Source of the DNA: an uncultured Gammaproteobacteria bacterium
Lineage (GTDB): Bacteria; Pseudomonadota; Gammaproteobacteria; Steroidobacterales; SZUA-146
Assembly (NCBI GenBank): GCA_963922815.1
Contig: CAWUKD010000003.1
Coordinates: 1,718 to 65,717, forward strand
Direction: 5' to 3'
DNA: 64,000 nt
Positions 39,082 through 47,563 of the stretch are shown here, one piece after another. A model generated the notes under the pieces. It was given only the letters and a program-made list of their open reading frames with translations. It had not been told where the DNA came from and did not search any database. Within the stretch, counting starts at the first letter, position 1. Each line of letters starts with the position of its first letter. The position numbers and the translations under genes were made by a program.

Positions 39082-40656
39082 CTACTCCGAGGAACCCGCT
39101 TTACGGTCTTCCCAGAACTTTGCATTCTTGATCCCGAGCTTCACCGGATCAAAACTGTAGGAGGAAACACCGGCATTGCGCTGCTGCTCGTAATCTTTCA
39201 GCGCCTTGAGTGCCGGCCTGCTAAGCGCAAACAGAATCAGGATGGCTATAACGTTAAGCCAGGCCATCATGCCCACGCCCAGATCGCCAAGCGCCCAGGC
39301 CAGGTTGGCCGTTCGTACAGTGCCATAAAATACCGCACCCAGAAGCACGATCTTAAGCACCAGCAGCTCGCCGGGTATGCGCAGCGTACGCCGGATATAG
39401 GCAACGTTGGTCTCTGCAATATAGTAGTACGCCAGCAGGGTCGTAAACGCGAAGAAGAACAACGCGACGGCGACAAACGGCTTGCCCACACCGGGCATCA
39501 TGCTTTCGACCGCAAACTGCGTAAACGCCGGACTGTTGGCAGCGAGACCAGGGCCCAGATTCTGAATCAGAAAGCCACCGCCGCTCGGATCGTGAACGTT
39601 ATACGCACCTGTGATCAGAATCATAAGTGCCGTGGCAGTGCATACCAGCAGCGTGTCTATGTAAACCGAAAACGCCTGCACGAGACCTTGCTGCGCAGGG
39701 TGGTCAACTTCGGAGGCCGCGGCCGCGTGAGGTCCCGTACCCTGCCCGGCTTCGTTGGAATACACGCCGCGCTTGACGCCCCAGCCAATCGCCGCGCCGA
39801 GACCCGCCATGGGTGTAAACGCATCGGAAATGATCATGCCCAGAATTTCAGGCACCTTGCTGGCATTCAGAGCCACGATGACAAGAGCAGTCATGATGTA
39901 GGCAAACGCCATGAACGGCACAACAACCTGGGTGACCTGCGCGATACGCTTCACTCCGCCAAAGATAATGAAACCGAGCAAAGTCACCACTACTGTGCCG
40001 GTAATCAGCTTGGTGGAGCTGATATCTCCGGCCATGGTCTGAATGACCTGTCCTGGCCCCATGGCCACTTCGACCGCATTACCGATGGCATTGGATTGCA
40101 CACCGGGCAGCAACACGCCGCAGGAAAAAATGGTGACCAGTGCAAATATCCACGCGTACCATTTTTGGCCCATCGCTTTTTCGATGTAGTACGCCGGACC
40201 ACCGCGATACTGGCCTTCATCTTCCTCTTTATAGATCTGACCCAGCGTCGACTCAATGTACGCGGTAGCCGAACCGAGGAACGCCACTACCCACATCCAG
40301 AACACGGCGCCCGGGCCACCAAACCCAATGGCCGCGGCTACGCCGGCGATGTTGCCGGTACCTACGCGCCCTGAGAGCGACACTGCGAGTGCCTGGAATG
40401 ATGAAATACCTTTATCGGAACTTTGGTTGCTGAACAGCAGCCGAATCATTTCGCCGAACATTCTCACCTGTACGAAGCGAGTCACAACGGAGAAAAACAG
40501 GCCTGCACCGAGCAGCAGGTAGACGAGGAGTGGACTCCAGATGATGTTGGTTAAGGTATCGATGACAAGCTCCCGGACAAGGTTAGATATCGAATAATGG
40601 CAGCAAAAGTACCACGGCAGGGCCGCCTGAAACCAGCCGACCAACCTGTCCGGCAA
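39082..40656 (-). CDS. Alanine/glycine:cation symporter (AGCS family)
   Basis: About 520-aa polytopic protein with the AGCS signature SLSGRVGTGNIAGVA. The N-terminal start (TTG 40656 or 40644) is uncertain. Confidence 0.85.
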   Translation of the reverse strand: MPDRLVGWFQAALPWYFCCHYSISNLVRELVIDTLTNIIWSPLLVYLLLGAGLFFSVVTRFVQVRMFGEMIRLLFSNQSSDKGISSFQALAVSLSGRVGTGNIAGVAAAIGFGGPGAVFWMWVVAFLGSATAYIESTLGQIYKEEDEGQYRGGPAYYIEKAMGQKWYAWIFALVTIFSCGVLLPGVQSNAIGNAVEVAMGPGQVIQTMAGDISSTKLITGTVVVTLLGFIIFGGVKRIAQVTQVVVPFMAFAYIMTALVIVALNASKVPEILGMIISDAFTPMAGLGAAIGWGVKRGVYSNEAGQGTGPHAAAASEVDHPAQQGLVQAFSVYIDTLLVCTATALMILITGAYNVHDPSGGGFLIQNLGPGLAANSPAFTQFAVESMMPGVGKPFVAVALFFFAFTTLLAYYYIAETNVAYIRRTLRIPGELLVLKIVLLGAVFYGTVRTANLAWALGDLGVGMMAWLNVIAILILFALSRPALKALKDYEQQRNAGVSSYSFDPVKLGIKNAKFWEDRKAGSSE

Positions 40657-40731
40657 CGAGCCTGGCCGTCAGACTCACGAATCAAGCGGACGTCGCTACG
40701 AATCGGCGGCCACGCGATTGTCGTATATCGG

Positions 40732-42471
40732 CTAGGATACGGGCTCGCCTGCACCCTCTGGCAAACGATGTTCTCGATCGATCGCAAGATCGACAAACAC
40801 TTCCCGGTACCCGCTCGACCAGTAAACGGTCACTGACACAACGTGAGAATCGGTATCCCCAAGGCCCGTCAGAATACGCACGTCGCTGGCGCTGGCATAG
40901 CTGCCATCGCTATGCGCGCGTCGCCATGTTGCAAGGCCATCTTCGGTCGAAACGGCAACACGGGTTCCTTGCGCATCCTGCGGAGATGCCTTGCCTTCCA
41001 GCACGAGCCTGATCCAGCGGTGACTCTGCCCTGATTCGTTGAGTAGCAGGCGCACCGGGCCATTGTTGTTGGTCAGCAGCACATCCATATCACCATCATT
41101 GTCGATGTCGCCAAAGGCAGCACCGCGACTCACCTCCGGCATTTCCATGGCGGCGCCTGCTTGCATACTCACGTCGGTGAAGCGGCCGTTTCCGGTGTTC
41201 TTGAACAGCTGATTGGTTTCTTCGTACGGAAAATCCGACACTGCCCGGCGCTCCATCAGGCTCATCACCGCACCGTTTGCAACAAACAGGTCGAGGTGAC
41301 CATCGTTATCGTAATCAAACCAGGACGAGCCAAAACCCGTAAATCGCATGCTGGCAGCACCGAGATTGGCACGCTCCGTTCCATCGGAAAAATTGCCATA
41401 GCCATCGTTTACGTACAGCGTATTGGTCTCTGATGACAGATGCGTCATGAACAGATCGTCGTCGCCATCGCCATCAAAATCACCAGCGGTCACACCCATA
41501 CTGGCCTCAACGGCACCGCGACCGTTATAGGCCGCCCCGGCACGCAGACCCGTTTCCGTAAAAACACCGTCCGGGGAATTCATCCACAAGTGGTTGGCCT
41601 CCTGATCGTTGGCCACATAAAAATCCGTCAATCCATCGTCGTTAAAATCGGCGGCGATAACGCCAAGCCCGGGCCCGGACATAGCGCTGATTCCGGCATC
41701 GTCCGACACATCCAGGAACGTACCGCTACCGTCGTTACGAAACAGACGATCATGAACCGGCGAATAGTTATTCGGAGAACAATAGTCACGCAGGCCGGCA
41801 TTGTTGGTGCATGCAATGTCCTGATCAATGCTCCAGTCTACGTAGTTGGCAACGAACAGGTCGAGGTCGCCATCGCCGTCATAGTCTGCAAAACTTCCGC
41901 TCACGCTCCACTCGGAAGCCTCGGTGCCGGAGAACTCTGTGACATCGGCAAACACGCCGCCATCATTTCGATACAGCCGATTACTACCTGCATTCATTAC
42001 GTAGAGATCAACATCCCCATCATTGTCGTAGTCCGCCGCCGCGACTCCCATGCCATAGCCCTGATCACCAACGCCCGTCTCGTTAGTTACATCTTCAAAC
42101 CGAAGTTCACCTGCCGGAACAAGCAAATTGCGAAACAGCCGGTTGCCCGTCGACGGAACCGCGTTTTCACTGGCGCCAGACAGGTGTCCACCCTGGACCA
42201 GATAAACGTCCAGATCGCCGTCGCCATCGTAGTCAAGCAAGGCACCGCCTGCCCCGACGATTTCAGGAAAGTAAAACTGGCCGTCGCCGCCGTTTCGATG
42301 AGTAAATTCGAGCCCGACCCGGGTCGAGTTTTCCTGAAAAACGGAAACCGGCTCTGATTCGAGAACTCTGGACTGCGCTATGTCATCCTGAACCGGAGCT
42401 TCGCACGCGAACAGCGCGCTCGAGACTGACAGAGCCAACACCTGCCATCGCCGTGCGCCAGAACGATTCAC
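40732..42471 (-). CDS. CRTAC1-family lipoprotein (FG-GAP/VCBS repeats + C-terminal ASPIC/UnbV domain)
   Basis: 579 aa with the lipobox ALFAC, repeated DxDGDGDLD FG-GAP-type Ca-binding motifs and a C-terminal UnbV-like segment (GTRVAV...GSYASASD...GLG). The GTG start overlaps the upstream stop (GTGA). Confidence 0.8.
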   Translation of the reverse strand: MNRSGARRWQVLALSVSSALFACEAPVQDDIAQSRVLESEPVSVFQENSTRVGLEFTHRNGGDGQFYFPEIVGAGGALLDYDGDGDLDVYLVQGGHLSGASENAVPSTGNRLFRNLLVPAGELRFEDVTNETGVGDQGYGMGVAAADYDNDGDVDLYVMNAGSNRLYRNDGGVFADVTEFSGTEASEWSVSGSFADYDGDGDLDLFVANYVDWSIDQDIACTNNAGLRDYCSPNNYSPVHDRLFRNDGSGTFLDVSDDAGISAMSGPGLGVIAADFNDDGLTDFYVANDQEANHLWMNSPDGVFTETGLRAGAAYNGRGAVEASMGVTAGDFDGDGDDDLFMTHLSSETNTLYVNDGYGNFSDGTERANLGAASMRFTGFGSSWFDYDNDGHLDLFVANGAVMSLMERRAVSDFPYEETNQLFKNTGNGRFTDVSMQAGAAMEMPEVSRGAAFGDIDNDGDMDVLLTNNNGPVRLLLNESGQSHRWIRLVLEGKASPQDAQGTRVAVSTEDGLATWRRAHSDGSYASASDVRILTGLGDTDSHVVSVTVYWSSGYREVFVDLAIDREHRLPEGAGEPVS

Positions 42472-43910
42472 CGGCGACCTCTGGCTTGTTGCAATGCCTG
42501 CAGGCCCGCACGCAGATTTGGCAGCAAGTCGTCACGGCCCGTGTTTCCGGCGATCGTCACCGCACGCTGAAGCGCCGCTTCGGCCGCCTCGATATTTCGC
42601 GTACCCGTATAGGCGACCGCCAGTGACCGGAGGTACTCGGGTGTGCGACCGTCTTCCGGCTCCAGTATCCGTGAAAATTGCTCTATCGCCTGGCGGTGAT
42701 TGCCCATATTCAAATAAGCGTTTCCAAGGTGAAAACCAGCGGTGCGATTTAACGGATCGCCCTCAATCGCCTTTTTATACTGCCTTATCGCCTCACTGCG
42801 TTTACCTGATAGCTCAAGAGCCGCACCCAGATTCACATAGGCGTCCGTATAGTCCGGATCAATCCCCACGGCATCCCGAAACGCGCGAGCCGCCTCGTCA
42901 TAGCGACGCTGCCTGAGACGCAGCGTACCGAGGTTGTTGTGCAGCTGAACCAGCTCAGGATCCAGCGCGATACCCTGCCGAAAATGCGATTCGGCCTGTT
43001 CAATGTTGCCCATCATTCCATGCGCGGTGATCAACAGACTGTGGGTATTTGCGTTTGAGGCATCGCGGGCGAGTGCGCGCTCCAGATCGTCGATTGCCCT
43101 GCTCACCCGGCCCTGCGCTATATTTCGCTGACCGCGATTGATGAGCCCCTGCTTGCTGCTATTCAGATTCTGCATTTCCTCGACCAGCGTGTCAGTCACC
43201 TCGGGCACCCGCGTCCTGAACGTCTCGAAGAAAGCGAGCTGTCTGTCAGTTTTTTCGAGGTCGCCCCGCTGGCGATAAGCTTCGGCCAAAGCGTAGTGGG
43301 CAGCGCCATATGGCCCTCTGCGATTGACCGCTGCCACAAGCAGCTCGATTCGCTTGTCGCTCGACTCGTCGGGAACAAGCTGACTTAGCCCGAACAGCGC
43401 CTGCGGAAGATTGGGATCACTTTCGAGTAACGTTTCGTAGGCTTCCCGACTCTCGTCATTCTGCCCTGCATCCGCAAGCGTTTCCGCCAGCCTGATCGCA
43501 GCCGGCAAGTACTGTGGATCAAGCACCACCGCTCGCCGCAGGGCTTCAATAGCGTCATCCCGCTCCCCAAGATTGAGTAGCACAAGGGCGTGTAAGTAGG
43601 CCCAGCGAAACTCATCGGGTGCCAGCAGGCGCGCCCTTTGGTAGTAAACCGAAGCGGTAGGGTACTGCAGATAGGTGTGCAGCAGCATGGCCAGAGCACC
43701 ATTGGTTTGCGAAGTCCGGGGCGCCGCTTCCCACTGCCCGTACGCCAGCTGAATCTGTTGGGATACGGCCGTCTCAAAACCATCCAGCACCAGAGCGGGC
43801 CCTTCCGGCAGCTGGCCCTTGTCGACGGACAAAGGACAACCGGTGATCGCAATCGCGAGCACGACTATCGATAGCACTTGTGTAAAAAATCGCCACATTC
43901 GAGACGTCAT
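42468..43910 (-). CDS. TPR-repeat lipoprotein
   Basis: 480 aa with the lipobox AITGC and multiple 34-residue TPR-like repeats (A..Y..A/L..P patterns). It is translationally coupled to the CRTAC1 gene. Confidence 0.75.
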   Translation of the reverse strand: MTSRMWRFFTQVLSIVVLAIAITGCPLSVDKGQLPEGPALVLDGFETAVSQQIQLAYGQWEAAPRTSQTNGALAMLLHTYLQYPTASVYYQRARLLAPDEFRWAYLHALVLLNLGERDDAIEALRRAVVLDPQYLPAAIRLAETLADAGQNDESREAYETLLESDPNLPQALFGLSQLVPDESSDKRIELLVAAVNRRGPYGAAHYALAEAYRQRGDLEKTDRQLAFFETFRTRVPEVTDTLVEEMQNLNSSKQGLINRGQRNIAQGRVSRAIDDLERALARDASNANTHSLLITAHGMMGNIEQAESHFRQGIALDPELVQLHNNLGTLRLRQRRYDEAARAFRDAVGIDPDYTDAYVNLGAALELSGKRSEAIRQYKKAIEGDPLNRTAGFHLGNAYLNMGNHRQAIEQFSRILEPEDGRTPEYLRSLAVAYTGTRNIEAAEAALQRAVTIAGNTGRDDLLPNLRAGLQALQQARGRR

Positions 43911-44569
43911 AGATAACTACCATTAGTGCGTGAACAGCCAGGGCGCGCTATTCCTGATCTGCCGCCTGGTGAGATGCCGGCAATACGCGTACGCCCCCAC
44001 CATCGAAGAGCGCTTCAGCGTCGAATCATAACCAATAATCCTGCCATTATTGAATCGGCGTCGGCTCTGGTCAGATAGGGCGCATCGAATGGATTAACGC
44101 TCGAAATCGCACTAGGGCAACTATCCATGATAGGCGGACCCGGCGATACCCCGCAGATCCCACTCAATTAACGTGAAGAGCCGGTTTCAGATTGGAAAAA
44201 CCGCGGTTGCCCGTCGTTTTTACTCCAATCCCGCGCAAAATAACCACAATATTCCTGAAGGCAATAACAGTGTTTGCCACTGCGTGTCCCGGGCTACAAC
44301 ATTACATAATCACACGACTCAGCTCGGCCGCTGGAGTCCATGCTCTCAAACCAAGTAATACGCAGGGCGTTCGATTACGCAAACACTTTTCCGGAGCACG
44401 CAATTTTTCAGTTATGTTAACTCACATTAACTGCGGGCCAGATCCGTGGCGCGACAATTCTCAGAGATTCTCGCATCTTGCACCCGCTAATGTATTATGT
44501 CGCAGCAAGTTATAACTACCGCAGTAAAAAAATAGTTAACTAAAAATCATTTGGGGAGCTCAAATACTA

Positions 44570-45154
44570 ATGAATGTCTCTACAAAATCGGCCATAGCAT
44601 TGGCCATATCTGCAGCTTTTGCAGCACCGATGGCCTCTGCTGACGTCGTCAGCTTTGACGTCACGGGCATTAACAGCTGGGACGACGCTACCGATCCATT
44701 CGGTGCGAACGAATCGTATGTTTTTGACGTTGCGGCAGCGCTGGGTCTGGCATCCGGTACGGCTGTGACCATTACGGGAATCGGCTGGGACGTATCCATC
44801 GAAACCGTGGGTGCCTCGTGGCTCAGCGAAGCTTCAGTTGGCATAAACGGGGAAATCACACTCGCACCGGGTGCTGGTGATGATGCTCCTGGCGTAGCTT
44901 CGTACACCAGCGGCGGAATCATTGATCTGGCATCAATCCCACTGCCTGACCTGCTACTGGCCGATGGCCTGCTCGTTCTGGACTTCTTCGAAGGCTATGA
45001 CGATGTGGTTGGCGCGATCGACGCGACCTGGACCGGAGGCACTCTGGACTTTGATGCGTTTGAAGCCGCACCCATACCACTGCCAGCGGCGTTCCCGCTG
45101 CTGCTCACCGGCCTCGTCGGTTTGTTTGCAGCACGACGTCGTCGTGTAGCCTGA
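44570..45154 (+). CDS. Secreted protein with VPLPA-CTERM-type (PEP-CTERM-like) sorting signal
   Basis: 194 aa with a signal peptide ending AAPMASA. The C-terminus IPLPAAFPLLLTGLVGLFAARRRRVA gives motif + TM helix + Arg cluster. It has its own terminator at 45199-45238. Confidence 0.7.
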   Translation: MNVSTKSAIALAISAAFAAPMASADVVSFDVTGINSWDDATDPFGANESYVFDVAAALGLASGTAVTITGIGWDVSIETVGASWLSEASVGINGEITLAPGAGDDAPGVASYTSGGIIDLASIPLPDLLLADGLLVLDFFEGYDDVVGAIDATWTGGTLDFDAFEAAPIPLPAAFPLLLTGLVGLFAARRRRVA

Positions 45155-45198
45155 TCCTGCTTGACGACCTGCTACCGCAGGTTCGATAACGATCTGGG

Positions 45199-45238
45199 CA
45201 GGCCAGAGGCGGATTTTCCGTCTCTGGCCTGTTTCGTT
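45199..45238 (+). terminator. Rho-independent terminator of the VPLPA-CTERM gene
   Basis: A perfect 10-bp stem CAGGCCAGAG...CTCTGGCCTG followed by TTTCGTT. Confidence 0.8.
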
Positions 45239-45368
45239 GGGCCACAAAAAACTGAATATTACTTCTTAAAAATCGCCGCCTGAGTCCAATGTGTCAGACC
45301 TCACAGCCTGCCTCGATTACAGGTATCATCAGGCCCACAAACAGAGCGAATATCCAAGGCATGACGCA

Positions 45369-46820
45369 ATGACCCCTGAAAAAAATCTCGAAGCGACTTT
45401 TCGCGCGGGCCATCATGCGCACGCGCGCCAGATGGCGGTCGCGATGTTACAGCGCAATCCCAGGAACAAAACCGCTCTGCAGGTCCTTGCGCATATTGCC
45501 CTGATCATAGGCGTGACCGGTGAAGCGCTCACGATTGCCACCCGAGCGATAGAACAGGACGACAAAGACCCTCGAACAAACCTGCTATTGGCTGAAATAC
45601 ACGGCGCCCGGGGACACACGGAAACGGCCCTGTCTTATTGCGACCGCGTCCTGAAAACGCACCCGAAGGATGTTTCGGCGCTCCAGATCGGCGCGCGACT
45701 GCTCGAGCGCGCCGGCATGCCGGATGAGGCCATGCAGCTGCTGCATCCTCTGACCACACTCTCACCGAAACCGCATTTAGTCTCGCTGACTCTGGCACGC
45801 TGCTGGATGCGTACAGGTCGACATGACGATGCGCTCAAACTGCTGGATGAAGCACTGGCAGAGAACACGGGCAAGACGCCAGCCGCGCTTCAGCAGCAAA
45901 GCGCGCTTAAGAAACTCAAGGCACGCGTACTTGACCGTACCGGGCAGTACGATGACGCCTGGCGGGAAGCTGCAGAAGCCAACGCCCTGCTGCAACTCAA
46001 GTACAACCCCCAGACATTTACTGATGAAGTCGATGCGTTGATTAACTGGTTCACCAAAGAACGCTTGGAAAACCTGGCGCAAGCTAAGGCCACGGAGACC
46101 AGACACGTATTTATCGTGGGCATGCCGCGATCAGGCACGACGCTGGTGGAACAAATTCTCGACGCGCACCCGGCCGCTACAGGGCTCGGCGAAATCAAGG
46201 ATCTCGATGTGCTTGCACGCATGCTGCCGCAGTCACTTAAAATCAAGCAACCGCTGCCGGACATTATCGAACACGTTGATGCAAACCGGTTGAACCAAAT
46301 GGTCGCCAGCTATGAACGAAGCATTCAGGAACAGGGATTTAACAGCGCCGGACTATGTGTCAACAAGAATCTGCGCAACGTGTTTTTGCTGGGTCTGATT
46401 GCCATGCTGTTCCCGAGCGCAAAAGTCATCCTGTGCTCAAGAGACCTGCGCGACGTGGGAGTATCAAGCTTCATGGCCAGCATGAATGCGGGCTTGTTTC
46501 CGCATCTGTTTAATACTGAGCACATGAGCCAGGCGATGCGCGACTATCAGCGGCTTATTGAGCACTGGCGGAAAGTATTGCCGCTGTCGTTTCTGGAGGT
46601 CAGCTACGAAGAGCTGGTCGGTGATCAGGAAGCACAAACACGACGCCTGCTGGATTTTTGCGAACTCGACTGGAACCCGGCATGTCTGAATTTCTGGGAA
46701 TCGGAGCGTACCGTGATGACCTTAAGCTATGCCCAGGTAACGCGACCTATGTACACAAACTCCATTGGCCGGCATCAGCACTATACCGACCACCTGGGGC
46801 CACTGCTTGAACTGCGGTAG
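45369..46820 (+). CDS. TPR-repeat-containing sulfotransferase family protein
   Basis: It has N-terminal TPR repeats. The C-terminal sulfotransferase has a PAPS 5'-phosphosulfate loop (GMPRSGTTL) and CSRDLRDVGVSS. I chose the ATG at 45369. Confidence 0.8.
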   Translation: MTPEKNLEATFRAGHHAHARQMAVAMLQRNPRNKTALQVLAHIALIIGVTGEALTIATRAIEQDDKDPRTNLLLAEIHGARGHTETALSYCDRVLKTHPKDVSALQIGARLLERAGMPDEAMQLLHPLTTLSPKPHLVSLTLARCWMRTGRHDDALKLLDEALAENTGKTPAALQQQSALKKLKARVLDRTGQYDDAWREAAEANALLQLKYNPQTFTDEVDALINWFTKERLENLAQAKATETRHVFIVGMPRSGTTLVEQILDAHPAATGLGEIKDLDVLARMLPQSLKIKQPLPDIIEHVDANRLNQMVASYERSIQEQGFNSAGLCVNKNLRNVFLLGLIAMLFPSAKVILCSRDLRDVGVSSFMASMNAGLFPHLFNTEHMSQAMRDYQRLIEHWRKVLPLSFLEVSYEELVGDQEAQTRRLLDFCELDWNPACLNFWESERTVMTLSYAQVTRPMYTNSIGRHQHYTDHLGPLLELR

Positions 46821-46875
46821 CCACTAAGACCAACGGCCTGGTTACTGCCACACACTGGCTAACGGAATACACATC

Positions 46876-47484
46876 ATGCCAACCTTTCGCCTACTGTTAT
46901 CCCTGCTGTTTCTGCTTACCGCGTGCGGTGGCGGCGGCCCACAGCTGCCGCCGCTGACGAGTGATGCGGTGATCCTGGCCTTCGGAGACAGCCTGACCTA
47001 CGGGACCGGCGCCAAAGATCACGAGGCGTATCCTCAGGTGCTCGCAGCAGCCACCGGCCTTACGGTCATCAGCCAGGGCATACCCGGCGAGGAGAGCAAC
47101 GCCGGACTGGCCAGACTGCCGGCGATACTCGACGACGTAAAACCGGACCTGGTAATTCTGGGTCACGGCGGCAATGATATGCTGCGCAATCGAAACCTGG
47201 ACCAGACCAAAACCAACCTTCGGAAAATGGCCGAACTGGCTGAAGCCAGCGGCGCGTCTGTCGTCCTCATGGGCATTCCAAAACCCGGCCTGTTCCTCGG
47301 AACCCACCCGATGTACGAAGAGCTGAGCGAAGAACTCAATGTTCCTCTGGAAGATGACGCACTGGCCGATATTCTGGGCGAGCCAGATCTGAAAGCCGAT
47401 CGCGTTCACCCAAACGCAGCAGGCTATGCCCAACTGGCAGCGGCCATGCACGTACTGCTGCGCCAAAGCGGAGCGCTGGACTGA
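46876..47484 (+). CDS. SGNH/GDSL hydrolase (arylesterase / TesA-like) lipoprotein
   Basis: 202 aa with the lipobox LLTAC, the block I motif FGDSLTYG, GGND, and a C-terminal D..H (DRVHPN). Confidence 0.82.
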   Translation: MPTFRLLLSLLFLLTACGGGGPQLPPLTSDAVILAFGDSLTYGTGAKDHEAYPQVLAAATGLTVISQGIPGEESNAGLARLPAILDDVKPDLVILGHGGNDMLRNRNLDQTKTNLRKMAELAEASGASVVLMGIPKPGLFLGTHPMYEELSEELNVPLEDDALADILGEPDLKADRVHPNAAGYAQLAAAMHVLLRQSGALD

Positions 47485-47563
47485 GAGCCTCGCTCAAACT
47501 CTGAGCAAGGCCACGGTCCGCTAATCGATTCTACTCGCCGGTGCGTGTACAGATGCCCGTACT

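Noticed and set aside
39019-40374. 451-aa plus-strand ORF
   Set aside because: It is antisense to the AGCS symporter gene. The sequence is Arg/His/Gly-rich and low-complexity, with no recognisable motifs.
41440-42357. 305-aa plus-strand ORF
   Set aside because: It is antisense to the CRTAC1-family gene. Its repetitive Ile/Val/Ala-rich sequence mirrors the FG-GAP repeats.
44440-44495. Sigma-54 promoter upstream of the VPLPA-CTERM gene (TGGCGC ... CTTGCA)
   Set aside because: The GG and GC elements do not have the required spacing. TGGCGCGACAATTCT has TTCT instead of TTGC, and the TTGCA further downstream has no GG 10 nt upstream.
44192-44515. 107-aa and overlapping 61-aa ORFs inside the long intergenic region
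   Set aside because: They have no RBS or recognisable motif, overlap each other in alternative frames, and have an unconvincing composition. I treat the region as non-coding or possibly a decayed gene, pending blastx.
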